Shown piece by piece: positions 42,085 to 53,594 of a stretch of DNA of 64,000 nucleotides. The stretch is from an uncultured delta proteobacterium (GTDB taxonomy: Bacteria > Myxococcota_A > UBA9160 > SZUA-336), in contig CAVPHD010000004.1 in NCBI GenBank assembly GCA_963704165.1, positions 448,001 to 512,000 of the forward strand. Reading direction: 5' to 3'. The position numbers and the translations under genes were made by a program. Below the pieces are notes generated by a model. The model saw nothing but the letters and a program-made list of their open reading frames with translations, was not told where the DNA came from and did not search any database. Position 1 is the first letter of the stretch. Each line of letters opens with the position of its first letter.

Positions 42085-44426
42085 TGCCGACCCGGCCCGT
42101 GAGCGTGGGCGAACGGATCAAGCGGCGCGAGGACCCGCGCCTGATTCGAGGCCTCGCGAGCTACACGGACGATCTGAAGCTCCACGGCGGGCTGCACGTC
42201 GCGTTCGTGCGCAGCGACTACGCCGCGGGAAGGATCGAGAAGATCGACGTCTCTCGAGCACTCGCGCGTCCCGGCGTGGTCGCGGTCTACACCTTCGACG
42301 ACCTGCGCGGCAAGGTCGGGCGCACGCCGTGCGTGGCGCGGCCCGATCCCGGACGCGACGCCGAGCATCCGCTGCTGGCCGACGGCGCGGTCCGCTGGGT
42401 CGGCCAGCCGATCGCGGTGGTGGTCGCGGAGGATCGCTACGTCGCGCGCGACGGCGCGCTCGACGTCTCGGTCGAGATCTCGCCGCGCCCCGCGATCGTC
42501 GATCCGAGAGCCGCGCTCGCGCCCGGCGCGGCGCGCGTCTACGAGGATCATGCCGACAACGTCGCGCTTCACGTGCCCGCCACCGGAAGCCCCGACGTGC
42601 AGAAGCTCTTTGCCGAGGCCGACGGGATCGTCCGGCTCGAGCTTCTCCACCAGCGGCTCGCGCCGGTCTCGATGGAAGGCCGCGCCGTGCTCGCGCACTG
42701 GGACGAGGGACCGCAGCGGCTCACGCTCTGGACCTCGACGCAGGTTCCGCACCTGGTGAAGCAGTCCGTCGCGCAGTGCCTGGGGCTGTCCGAGATCCGG
42801 ATCCGCGTGATCGCGCCGGAGGTCGGCGGGGGATTCGGCGCCAAGATCCCCGTCTACGCCGAAGAGTGTCTCTTGCCGTGGATCTCGCGGGAGCTCCGGC
42901 GCCCGGTGAAGTGGTCCGAGACGCGCACCGAGAACCTGCTCGGCACCACGCACGGCCGCGGCCACGTCCACGAGATCGAGGCGGCCTACCGCAAGAACGG
43001 GGAGCTGCTCGCGATTCGCGGACGCGTGATCTCCGACGTCGGCGCGTATCCGTCGTTCTTCGGCGCGAGCATCGCGACCTTCACGCCGCTGATGATGCCG
43101 GGCTGCTATCGCCCGAAGGCGCTCGATGTCGAAGTCGTCTGCGTCTACACGAACACGATGGCCACCGACGCCTATCGCGGCGCGGGAAGACCCGAAGCCG
43201 CCTACACCATCGAGCGTGTGCTCGACGAGATCGCGGTCGCGACGGGGATCGATCCGGTCGAGGTGCGGCGCCGGAACTTCATCCCCAAGGACGCGTTTCC
43301 GTTCACGACGGTGACCGGCGCGATCTACGACTCGGGCGACTACGAGCTCGCGCTCGCGAAGGCGCTCGAGCGCTTCGACTATGCGGGCGCGCGTGCGCGC
43401 CAGAAGCAGGCGCGCGAGGCGGGGAGGCTCGTCGGCATCGGCGTGTCGACGTTCACCGAGATCTGCGGTCTCGGTCCGAGCACGGGCGCGTCGCCGATCC
43501 AGCGCACCGGCAGCTGGGAGAGCGGTGTCGTGCGCGTCGAGCCGACCGGAAACGTCGTGATCACGACGGGGATCTCGCCGCATGGCCAGGGTCAGGAGAC
43601 GGCCTTCGCGCAGATGGCGGCCGACGCGTTCGGAATCGACCTGAACGACGTCGAGGTCCTGCACGGCGACACGGATGTGGTCACGCACGGCGTCGGCACG
43701 TTCGGAAGCCGCGGCCTCGTCGTCGGCGGCACGGCCGTGCACATGGCGCTCGAGAAGGTGAGGGCGAAGGCGTCGCGGATCGCCGCGCACCTGCTCGACG
43801 CGAAGCCCGAGCAGGTCAGCTTCGACGGCGAGTCGTTCCGCGTCGCGGGCAGCGAGCGGACGATGACGTTCCGCCAGGTCGCCGAGGCCGCACACCTCTG
43901 GAACGTGCCGATCCCCGGCGAGGAGCCCGGCCTCGAGGCGGTCGCGCGCTTCGAGCCCACCGGGACGACGTTTCCGTTCGGCGCGCACTTCTGCGAAGTC
44001 GAGATCGATCCCGACACCGGTGAGCTCGCGCTCACGCGTTACGTCGCGGTCGATGACGCGGGCAGGATCGTGAACCCGCTTCTCGCCGACGGGCAGCGGC
44101 TCGGCGGGATCGTCCAGGGACTCGGTCAGGCGATCTGCGAAGAGGTCGTCTACGACGAGAGCGGGCAGCTCTTGACCGCGACGCTGATGGACTACGCGAT
44201 GCCCAAGGCGCACATGTTCCCGCGCATCGAGCTCGATTCGACCTGCACGCCCACCCACCTGAATCCGCTCGGCGCGAAGGGCATCGGCGAGCTCGGAACG
44301 ATCGGCTCGACGCCATGCCTCGTCTCGGCCGTCCTCGACGCGCTTCGTCCGCGCGGCGTGACTCACCTCGACATGCCGCTGAAACCCGAGCGCATCTGGC
44401 GCGCGCTGCAAGAGGCCGCGCGATGA
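42084..44426 (+). CDS. coxL: Xanthine dehydrogenase-family molybdopterin large subunit (form II CoxL-like)
   Basis: RREDPRLIRG, VGGGFGAK, active-site loop AYRGAGRPEA, YDSGDY, HGQGQET, GTFGSR and GAKGIGE. Confidence 0.88.
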   Translation: MPTRPVSVGERIKRREDPRLIRGLASYTDDLKLHGGLHVAFVRSDYAAGRIEKIDVSRALARPGVVAVYTFDDLRGKVGRTPCVARPDPGRDAEHPLLADGAVRWVGQPIAVVVAEDRYVARDGALDVSVEISPRPAIVDPRAALAPGAARVYEDHADNVALHVPATGSPDVQKLFAEADGIVRLELLHQRLAPVSMEGRAVLAHWDEGPQRLTLWTSTQVPHLVKQSVAQCLGLSEIRIRVIAPEVGGGFGAKIPVYAEECLLPWISRELRRPVKWSETRTENLLGTTHGRGHVHEIEAAYRKNGELLAIRGRVISDVGAYPSFFGASIATFTPLMMPGCYRPKALDVEVVCVYTNTMATDAYRGAGRPEAAYTIERVLDEIAVATGIDPVEVRRRNFIPKDAFPFTTVTGAIYDSGDYELALAKALERFDYAGARARQKQAREAGRLVGIGVSTFTEICGLGPSTGASPIQRTGSWESGVVRVEPTGNVVITTGISPHGQGQETAFAQMAADAFGIDLNDVEVLHGDTDVVTHGVGTFGSRGLVVGGTAVHMALEKVRAKASRIAAHLLDAKPEQVSFDGESFRVAGSERTMTFRQVAEAAHLWNVPIPGEEPGLEAVARFEPTGTTFPFGAHFCEVEIDPDTGELALTRYVAVDDAGRIVNPLLADGQRLGGIVQGLGQAICEEVVYDESGQLLTATLMDYAMPKAHMFPRIELDSTCTPTHLNPLGAKGIGELGTIGSTPCLVSAVLDALRPRGVTHLDMPLKPERIWRALQEAAR

Positions 44427-45283
44427 TCCCGGAGAGCTTCGAGTACTTCGCGCCGAAGAGCCTGAAGGAGGCGATCGAGCTGGTCGCCCGGAACCCGGGC
44501 GCGAAGCTGCTCGGCGGGGGCATGAGCCTGATCCCGGCGCTGAAGCACCGGTTGGCCTCGGCGTCCGCGCTCGTCGATCTCGGCCGCGTGCCGGATCTCG
44601 AGAGCGTGTCCGAGAAGCGCGGCCGGATCGCGATCGGCGGCCGCGCGACCCACCGCGCGCTCGCGTGCGCCGAGGGACTCGAAGACGTGCACGTGATCGC
44701 GGAAACCGCCGGCGCCGTCGGCGACGTTCAGGTGCGAAATCGCGGCACGATCGGCGGAAGCCTCGTCCACGCCGATCCGGCGGCGGACTGGCCCGCCGCG
44801 TTCCTCGCGCTCGACGGCGAAGCGGTCGTCGTCGGGCCGAAGGGCGAGCGCGAGATCCCGGCCGCGCAGTTCTTCACGGGAATGCTGGCCTCGGCGCCGC
44901 GTCGCGACGAGGTGTTGACCGAGGTCCGGTTCGTCGTCGAGCGCAAGCGCGCCGGAACCGCCTACGCAAAAATGCGGCAGCTGGCGTCGGGTTTCGCGAT
45001 CGTCGGCGTGGCCGCCCAGGTCACCCTGGACCGAAAGGGCAGGATCGATCGCGCGTCGGTCGGCGTGACGGGCGTGAATCCGGTGCCGTTCCGCGCGGGG
45101 GCGCTCGAACGGCGCCTCGAGGGCGCGATGCCGGAGGCCGCGACGCTGCGTCCGCTCTGCGCGCGCATCGACGAGGCGGATCCGATGACGGATCTGCACG
45201 CGTCCGCCGAGTACCGCGCGCATCTCGCCGGGGTGTTCGCGTTTCGCGCACTCGTCGCCGCGTGCGGGCGAGCGGCCTCGTGA
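44423..45283 (+). CDS. coxM: FAD-binding medium subunit (CoxM/CutM-like)
   Basis: FEYFAPKSL, LGGGMSLIP, VRNRGTIGGSLVHADPAAD and DLHASAEYR. Confidence 0.9.
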   Translation: MIPESFEYFAPKSLKEAIELVARNPGAKLLGGGMSLIPALKHRLASASALVDLGRVPDLESVSEKRGRIAIGGRATHRALACAEGLEDVHVIAETAGAVGDVQVRNRGTIGGSLVHADPAADWPAAFLALDGEAVVVGPKGEREIPAAQFFTGMLASAPRRDEVLTEVRFVVERKRAGTAYAKMRQLASGFAIVGVAAQVTLDRKGRIDRASVGVTGVNPVPFRAGALERRLEGAMPEAATLRPLCARIDEADPMTDLHASAEYRAHLAGVFAFRALVAACGRAAS

Positions 45284-45825
45284 AGCTCGAAGGGCGGCAG
45301 GTGATCGAAGTCCCGCTGGCCACGGCCTGGGACCGCATCGTAGACCCGCGCGTTCTGCGCGCCTGCACGCCGGGGCTCGAGAAGCTCGAGGCGCGCGACG
45401 CCGACCACTACGACGCGCTGCTCGAGGTACGCCTGCCCGCGCTGACCGGACGCTTCGAGGGCACGATCGAGTATCTCGAGCGCGTCCCGCGCGAGCGACT
45501 GCGCCTGCGGCTCTCGGGCAAGGGACCGGTCGGCTTCGTCGACGGCGAGGTCACGCTCTCCCTCTCCGAGCTCGACGAGGGCACGAGCCTCCACTACGCC
45601 GCGGACGTGCAGATCGGCGGGCAGATCGCGCGGCTGGGCCAGCGCATGATCTCGGGGGTCACGCGCGAGATGGCCGACCAGTTCTTCTCGGCCCTCGAAC
45701 GCTGGCGTCCCGAAGCGCCCGAGGAGAAGGTCGTCGCTCCGCCCGCGCGCTCGTTCATCCAACTGCTCTGGCGCACGATCCTGCGCCTGCTCGGCCTGCG
45801 CCGGGACGACACCGCGCCTTCGTGA
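45280..45825 (+). CDS. coxG: CoxG / SRPBCC family protein
   Basis: WDRIVDPRVLRACTPG, YAADVQIGGQIARLGQRMI and an amphipathic C-terminal tail. Confidence 0.85.
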   Translation: MKLEGRQVIEVPLATAWDRIVDPRVLRACTPGLEKLEARDADHYDALLEVRLPALTGRFEGTIEYLERVPRERLRLRLSGKGPVGFVDGEVTLSLSELDEGTSLHYAADVQIGGQIARLGQRMISGVTREMADQFFSALERWRPEAPEEKVVAPPARSFIQLLWRTILRLLGLRRDDTAPS

Positions 45826-46413
45826 TCGAGGCCTGCGTGCTCGCGGCCGGGCGCGGGTCGCGCATGGGCGGCGCGAAGCACCTGCTCGAGGTCGACGGAG
45901 CTCCGCTGCTCGAGCGCGTGCTGAGAGCTCTCGCGGGGACGAGCGCCGCGCGCGTGTACGTGGTGCTCGCGTCCGGCGACACGTCCGGCCGCGCGCTGGT
46001 CGAACGGCTCGGCGCGACGCCGCTCGAGGCCGAGAACCCGGACGAGGGCCGGGCGGCCTCGGTGCGTGCGGCCGTGCGCGCGGTCTCGTCCGACGCGGCG
46101 AGCCTCTTGATCGCGCTGGCCGATCAGCCGTTTCTCGAATCCGCAGACTTCGAAGCGCTGATCGCCGAGCACGCGCGTGCGCCGCGGGCGATCGTCCGCT
46201 CGCGCTACGCGGGCGAGCCCGGGTCCCCTGTCTCTGTTTCCCCGGCAGCAATTCGCGGCGCTCCTCGCCCTTCGCGGTCGCGAGGGCGGGCGGAGCGTGA
46301 TCGCGAGCCGCCCGGACTCCGTCCGCTTCGTCGACCTCGACCCCGCGCACGGCCGCGACCTCGACCGGCCGGAGGATTTGCCGAGTCGAGACGTCCGGCT
46401 ACCCTGCCGCGCC
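45822..46413 (+). CDS. mocA: Molybdenum cofactor cytidylyltransferase (MocA-like); +1 frameshift near 46232; no stop before ndk in the corrected frame
   Basis: [37 protein letters not shown] and DLDRPEDL. Confidence 0.8.
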
Positions 46414-46833
46414 ATGGAAAGAACCTTTTCGATCGTGAAGCCCGATGCCGTCCGCGTGAACAAGACCGGTGCGATCCTCGCCATGATCGAGGGCGCCGGT
46501 CTCAAGATCGTGGGCACGAAGATGATCCAGCTCGACCCGGCCAAGGCCGAGGGCTTCTACGCGGTGCACAAGGAGCGCCCGTTCTTCGCGAGCCTGGTCA
46601 AGTTCATGACCTCGGGACCGGTCGTCGTGTCCGTGCTCGAGGGCGACGACGCGATCGCGCGCTACCGGAAGCTGATGGGCGCGACCGATCCCGCGAAGGC
46701 CGACGCCGGCACGATCCGCAAGCTCCACGCGACCAACATCGAGCAGAACGCCGTGCACGGCTCCGACGCGCCCGAAACCGCCAAGGTCGAGATCGCGTAC
46801 TTCTTTTCGGAGACGGAGCTGGTCAGGCGCTAG
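46414..46833 (+). CDS. ndk: Nucleoside diphosphate kinase
   Basis: [29 protein letters not shown] and NAVHGSD. Confidence 0.96.
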   Translation: MERTFSIVKPDAVRVNKTGAILAMIEGAGLKIVGTKMIQLDPAKAEGFYAVHKERPFFASLVKFMTSGPVVVSVLEGDDAIARYRKLMGATDPAKADAGTIRKLHATNIEQNAVHGSDAPETAKVEIAYFFSETELVRR

Positions 46834-46848
46834 CGCGCGATTGGCCCG

Positions 46849-46965
46849 TCACGTGTACCCGATCGCGATCAGCGCCATGACCACCAGGTAGGACGTGACC
46901 AGGATCAGGTTCCGGCGCAGCGCGCCGTTCGACTCCGACTTCGATTCCGCGGCTTCCATGTCCAT
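46849..46965 (-). CDS. Small membrane protein (38 aa), not in the supplied ORF track
   Basis: AAGGGG then ATG gives MDMEAAESKSESNGALRRNLILVTSYLVVMALIAIGYT*, with GC3-rich codons and a single C-terminal TM helix. Confidence 0.55.
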   Translation of the reverse strand: MDMEAAESKSESNGALRRNLILVTSYLVVMALIAIGYT

Positions 46966-46991
46966 CCCCTTCGGTAAGCTCGCGGCGTCGG

Positions 46992-48056
46992 CTATAGACC
47001 GACGGCCTCATCGGACGCGATCGGCGCGAGCAACCGGTCGAAGTGATCGGCCGCGCGCGACATCGTCCACCAGAAGAACGGGAAGACCGAGTAGTGACCG
47101 CAGGGGAGCTTGTACCAGCGCGGTCTCCCGAGGGCTTCCCAGAGCAGTTGCGCGTTCGCAGCCGGAATCACCGCGTCGAAGCGGCCGGTCGCCATCTCGA
47201 GAGCGCTCGGATCCAGGGACGCGGCGTAGGTCAGCGGGTCGACCGACTCCGTGTACGAGCGGATTCCCACCTTGAACTGCTCGCGCGTAGTCCAGCCGCG
47301 CTCGGCCATCAGGCGGTCGCGGAAGCGGCGCACGGCGCCCTCCGTGGATTCCCAGAAGATGTCCGGGAGATCTGCGCCCGCGAGGGCGTAGAAGCCGCCG
47401 CGGATCCGTGAGTCGCAGCTCGTGAGCAAGAGCGCCTGGATCGCGCCGAGACTCAAGCCCGCGGTGCCGATCCGGCTCGAATCCACCTTGGGGTGAGTCA
47501 CGAGCCAATCGAGCAGACGGCGGGCATCGATCACGCCCTCGCGGAGGGTCGCGCGCACGACGTCCGGGTCCGACTGCTTGTCGAGGTCGAGCGCGCGCCG
47601 GTCGAGGCGGGCCACCGCGTAGCCGCGATTGACCAGCGCCTTGGCCATGCCCTCCGAGACGTCCTGTGGACCCGCGAGGATCTCGAACGCGACGACCGTG
47701 GGGTGCGGACCGGGGCCCGGCGGGACGAGCAGATGGCCGATGCGGTCCTCGCCGGCCTCGTCCTTCAACACGATCCGGAACGCCCGGTAGTCGCGCGCGT
47801 GGAAGAGGGTGTAGAGGTCGAGCACCCAGCTCTGCTCCACGGTGAGCCCCTCGGGCTGGATCTTGACCGTCTCGGGGTCGAGCGGCCGGTAGTCGAACGT
47901 GCCCATGGGTGTGATCGAGCGACCCATCGGCGCGGGCCGTGGGGCGTCGCTCGGTCCGGTCGTCCAGGTGCAGGCACTCGGACCCGCCACGAGGAGGGCG
48001 AGCAGGGCAACCGGACCGAGCGCGCGCCGGCGCTCGGGGCTACGGGAAGCGGTCAA
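46992..48056 (-). CDS. Alpha/beta-hydrolase lipoprotein
   Basis: Signal peptide ending GPSAC; triad motifs GLSLG, GRFDAVI and CGHY. Confidence 0.8.
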   Translation of the reverse strand: MTASRSPERRRALGPVALLALLVAGPSACTWTTGPSDAPRPAPMGRSITPMGTFDYRPLDPETVKIQPEGLTVEQSWVLDLYTLFHARDYRAFRIVLKDEAGEDRIGHLLVPPGPGPHPTVVAFEILAGPQDVSEGMAKALVNRGYAVARLDRRALDLDKQSDPDVVRATLREGVIDARRLLDWLVTHPKVDSSRIGTAGLSLGAIQALLLTSCDSRIRGGFYALAGADLPDIFWESTEGAVRRFRDRLMAERGWTTREQFKVGIRSYTESVDPLTYAASLDPSALEMATGRFDAVIPAANAQLLWEALGRPRWYKLPCGHYSVFPFFWWTMSRAADHFDRLLAPIASDEAVGL

Positions 48057-48064
48057 TGGAACGA

Positions 48065-49240
48065 TCAGTCCGCGTCGCGCCTCCGGCGGATGAAGGTCGG
48101 CACGTCGTCCTCGTCGTCGAAGGGCGAGAGGAAGTCGTTGTTCGTGCCATTGGCCTCGAAGACCTGCTGACGCGGGGGCGCGTAGCTCGCGTCCGTCAGG
48201 CTCTCCGCCGTCTGTGCCTCGCGCAGCGGAAGTCGCAGCGGAGTCACGTTGTCGAAGCCCTCCATGACCGGGGCGGGACGGCGAGCACGGCTGGTGTCGG
48301 AGAGACCCGTCGCGATGACGGTGACTCGGATCTCGTCGCCGAGGTTCTCCTGCACGACCGAGCCGAAGATGATGTTCGCCTCTTCGTGCGCCTCCTCGTG
48401 GATCAGGCTGACCGCCTCGTGAGCCTCTTTCAGCTTCATGTCGGGGCCGCCGGTGATGTTCACCAGCACGCCACGCGCACCCTTGATCGAGACCTCGTCG
48501 AGGAGCGGGTTCGAGATCGCGTCCTGAGCGGCTCGGAGGGCGCGGTTCTCGCCGCGTGCGCGGCCCGTGCCCATCAGCGCCATTCCCATCTCGCTCATGA
48601 TCGTGCGCACGTCCGCGAAGTCGAGATTGATGATGCCGTGGACGGTGATCAGATCGGAGATGCCCTGGACCGCGTTCAGCAGCACGTCGTCGGCGATCCG
48701 GAACGCGTCCGTCATCGTCGTGTCTTCGCCGGCCATCAGCAGGAGCCGCTCGTTCGGAATCGTGATCAGCGTATCCACGACGTCGTGGAGCGAGTCGATG
48801 CCCTGTTCGGCCTGCCGCTTGCGAACCGCGCCCTCGAACACGAACGGCTTGGTGACGACCGCGACCGTGAGCGCACCGAGCTCCTTCGCGACCTCGGCCA
48901 CGATCGGCGCGCCGCCGGTCCCCGTACCGCCGCCGAGGCCGGCCGTCACGAACACCATGTCGGCACCGGCCAGCGCTTCCGCCAGACGCTCGCGCGATTC
49001 TTCCGCCGAAACGCGTCCCATGCGCGGGTCGGCACCCGCTCCGAGGCCACGTTCACCGAGGTGGATCTTCGTCGCGGCCAGGTTCATCGCCAGCGCCTGT
49101 GCGTCGGTGTTGGTCGCGACGAAGTCCACACCGGAGAGCCCGGCGCGAATCATCGTGTTGATCGCGTTTCCACCACCACCTCCGACGCCCACGACCTTGA
49201 TGCGCGCGCGGAGATCCGTCTCATGCTCGAATTCGATCAT
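48065..49240 (-). CDS. ftsZ: Cell division protein FtsZ
   Basis: [34 protein letters not shown] and C-terminal DVPTFIRR. Confidence 0.97.
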   Translation of the reverse strand: MIEFEHETDLRARIKVVGVGGGGGNAINTMIRAGLSGVDFVATNTDAQALAMNLAATKIHLGERGLGAGADPRMGRVSAEESRERLAEALAGADMVFVTAGLGGGTGTGGAPIVAEVAKELGALTVAVVTKPFVFEGAVRKRQAEQGIDSLHDVVDTLITIPNERLLLMAGEDTTMTDAFRIADDVLLNAVQGISDLITVHGIINLDFADVRTIMSEMGMALMGTGRARGENRALRAAQDAISNPLLDEVSIKGARGVLVNITGGPDMKLKEAHEAVSLIHEEAHEEANIIFGSVVQENLGDEIRVTVIATGLSDTSRARRPAPVMEGFDNVTPLRLPLREAQTAESLTDASYAPPRQQVFEANGTNNDFLSPFDDEDDVPTFIRRRRDAD

Positions 49241-49342
49241 CTCAACCCCCCCTGATCGCGGTCTCACTGTAACTCGCTTTCACGAGATCCGGTGGTACCT
49301 GCCTTGTTTTTCTTCGCTCATCTTCGGCGTGCCGCACCGTCA

Positions 49343-50555
<1,213 letters not shown>

Positions 50556-50572
<17 letters not shown>

Positions 50573-51305
50573 TGCCACCCCCTGTCGATTTCGGAATGCC
50601 CCGCAGCACCGGACTTCCCCGGAACCGCAGATCCACTTCACCCGCGCCGGTGCTCTCCACCAGCCCCGAGTTCGCGAGCTGCTGCCAATCGGCCAGCGCC
50701 GCGTCTTGATTCCTTCCGAGCACGAGCACCGTCGGCCGGCCCACCGCCCGGACGCGCACCTCGCGGGATCTCGGCGCGTCCACGGTTGCGAGCTCCACCC
50801 CGCGATTGCGCGCGGCGGCGATGACCGGCAACGCGCGTCGGGCCTCACCCGAGACCTGCGGCAGGAGCTCGGCTTCGCCCTTCACGAGCGGGAAGCGGGC
50901 ACCGCTCTCCGAGAGTCCGAGGCCGGAGGACATCTCGAGCGCGACCGGCACGCGTTCGGAGATCCCGATCACGAGTCGCCCCGGAAGGACCCGCGCGACT
51001 CGCACGCGCGCGATTCTCGGATGGGCCGCGAGTGCGCTCGCGACGACGTCGGGATCGACGTCGATCAGCGCCGTGCCGGCCGCGATCCCGACGGAATTCC
51101 AGAGGGTCGCGGCATCGAGCGAGGAGGTGCCGACGAAGTCGACCTGCCGGAGCGCGAAGCGCTCGCTCCGAAGGCCCTGACGGAGGGCGCTCGGGTCGAG
51201 AAAGCCGTGGTGCTGCGCCCAGAGCGCCGCGAAGCCGATCGAGACGAGCGCGAGGATGAAGACGAGCGGGCGTGGCAGGGAGCTCGAGTCGCGTTTGCGC
51301 GTCAT
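50556..51305 (-). CDS. ftsQ: Cell division protein FtsQ/DivIB
   Basis: One TM helix, POTRA segment HPRIARVRVARVLPGRLVIGISERVPVA, C-terminal VDLRF, and position in the dcw cluster. Confidence 0.85.
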
Positions 51306-52214
51306 GGTTCCTCTCCGCAGATCCGAACCTCGGTTTCGAGCGCGACGCCGAACTGCGTCGAGACGGCGACACGAGCGCGCTCGATCAGCCGCAGCACCTG
51401 CGCGGCCGTCGCGCCGCCGCGATTCACGATGAAGTTCGCGTGCAGGTCGGAAATCATCGCGTCTCCGTCGCGCGCGCCCTTCAGACCCGCGGCCTCGATC
51501 AATCGGCCCGCGTAGTCGCCGGGAGGGTTCTTGAAGACCGAGCCGCACGAGGGCTGATCGACCGGCTGCGTGGCGCGGCGCTGCGCGAGCTGCGACTTCT
51601 GCCGCTCGCGGATCTCGCCCGAATCCGCGGAGCCGGTCCGGAACGTCGCGGACAGCACCACCGCGCCCGCCGGGAGCTCCGTGGCGCGATAGCGGAACAC
51701 GAGCTCCTCGCGCGCGCGCGAGACGATCGCCGAGCGCTCCGGCTCGAAGAGCTCGACGGAGACCACCAGGTCCTTCATCTCGCGGCCGTGGACGCCGGCG
51801 TTCATCGCGATCCAGCCTCCGACGGTACCGGGAATGCCGACCGCGAACTCGAGACCCGTGCGGGCGCGTTCCGCGCAGAACCGCGTGATCTGGGTGTGCG
51901 TGACGCCGGCTTCCGCGCGCACGAGCCCGTCCGGGCCGAGCTCGATCCCGCGTAGCCCCGCGAGCCGCACGACCACGCCGCGTAGGCCGCCGTCTCGAAC
52001 CAGGCTGTTGAAGCCGCCGCCGAGGACCGTGAGCGCGAAGCGCGTGCGCGCGGCAGAAGTCGAGCACGCGCGCGAGCTCTTCGCGCGTGTCGACGCGAAC
52101 GAGCGCGTCGGCCGGGCCTCCGACGCGAAGCGAGGTCCAGTGCGCGAGGGGCTCGTCGAAAACCACCCGTCCGGGAAGGAGCGCTTCGGAGCTCGGTGCG
52201 AATCTGCGGGTCAA
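51302..52214 (-). CDS. murB: UDP-N-acetylenolpyruvoylglucosamine reductase; apparent +1 frameshift near 52040
   Basis: TSLRVGGPAD, GIPGTVGG, MNAG, SCGSVFKNP, HANF and LETEV. Confidence 0.92.
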
Positions 52215-53594
52215 GTGACAGGGCCCCCTCCGTCCGGCGCCAGGAAATCGCCGGCGAGCCGGCCGATGTCACCGGCGCCCATGAAGAAGACGAGATCGCC
52301 CGGGCGCGTGATCTCGCGCAGGCGGGGCACGAGCTGCGCGCGCTCGGGCACGAACTCGACGCCGCGATGACCGCACGCGCGCACGGCCTCGGCGAGGCCC
52401 GCGGCCGAGATGCCGGGGATCTTGTCCTCGCCGGCGGCGTAGATCTCGGTGAGCAGCACGACGTCGGCGTCGTGAAATGCGCGCGCGAGCTCGTCGAAGA
52501 CGTCGCGCGTGCGGGTGTACCGATGCGGCTGGAACGCGACGACCACGCGTCGGGAGAGGCCGGCGCGCGCGGCCGCGAGCGCCGCGCGGATCTTCGCGGG
52601 GTGATGCGAGTAGTCGTCGATCACCATCACTGCCGTCGCGCTCGCCGAGAATCTCGAAGCGGCGCTCGACGCCGCGGAATTCCGCGAGCGCCTCGGCGAT
52701 GCGCGCGACCGGAACGTCGAACTCCAGCCCTACGGTGAGCGCGGCCAGTGCGTTCTGGACGTTGTGCCGGCCCGGTACGCGCAGCGAAAAGGCTCCGAGC
52801 GACGTGCCGCGGGCGCGCGCCTCGAAGCGCATGCCCAATCCCGCCGTCTCGATGCGCTCGGCCGTGACGTCGGCCTGGGGCGAGAGGCCGTACGTCCAGA
52901 CCCGTCGCGTGACCTGTGGCAGGAGCGTCTGCACGTGCGGATCGTCGATGCACAGCACGGTCGCGCCGTAGAACGGCACGCGATTGGCGAACTCGACGAA
53001 CGCCGCGTGCAGGTTCTCGAAGCTCCCGTAGTGGTCGACGTGGTCGCGGTCGATGTTCGTGATCACGACCACGGTCGGCACGAGCCGCAGGAACGAGCCG
53101 TCGCTCTCGTCCGCCTCCGCGACCAGCACCTCACCCGCGCCCAGACGCGAGTTCGCGTCGAGGCTGATCACGCGCCCGCCGACGATCGTGGTCGGATCGA
53201 GCCCGCCGGCGGCGAGCACCTCGGCGGTCATCGACGTGGTGGTCGTCTTGCCGGCCGAGCCGCCGATCGCCACGCCGTACTTCATCCGCATCAGCTCGGC
53301 GAGCATCTCGGCGCGCGGAATCACCGGAATTCCCGCGGCCTCGGCCGCGCGCAGCTCCGGGTTCGTGCGCGGAACGGCCGACGAGTAGACGACCACGTTC
53401 GCGCCCGTGACGAGCGCCGCGTCGTGGCCGATCGCAATCCGGATGCCGAGCCCGCGCATGCGCCCGGTCGCGGCGCTCTCGCGCAGGTCGGATCCCGAGA
53501 CCGAGTAGCCCTGCGTGTTCAGGATCTCGGCGATCCCCGACATGCCGACGCCGCCGATGCCGACGAAGTGGACGCGCTGGACCCGGCGCCTCAT
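52211..53594 (-). CDS. murC: UDP-N-acetylmuramate--L-alanine ligase; apparent +1 frameshift near 52631
   Basis: HFVGIGGVGMSGIA, GKTTTT, EADESDGSF, DDYSHHP and FQPHRYTRT. Confidence 0.94.

Noticed and set aside
42084..44426. Bona fide aerobic CO dehydrogenase (form I)
   Set aside because: The active-site loop is AYRGAGR rather than AYxCSFR, and the gene order is S-L-M.
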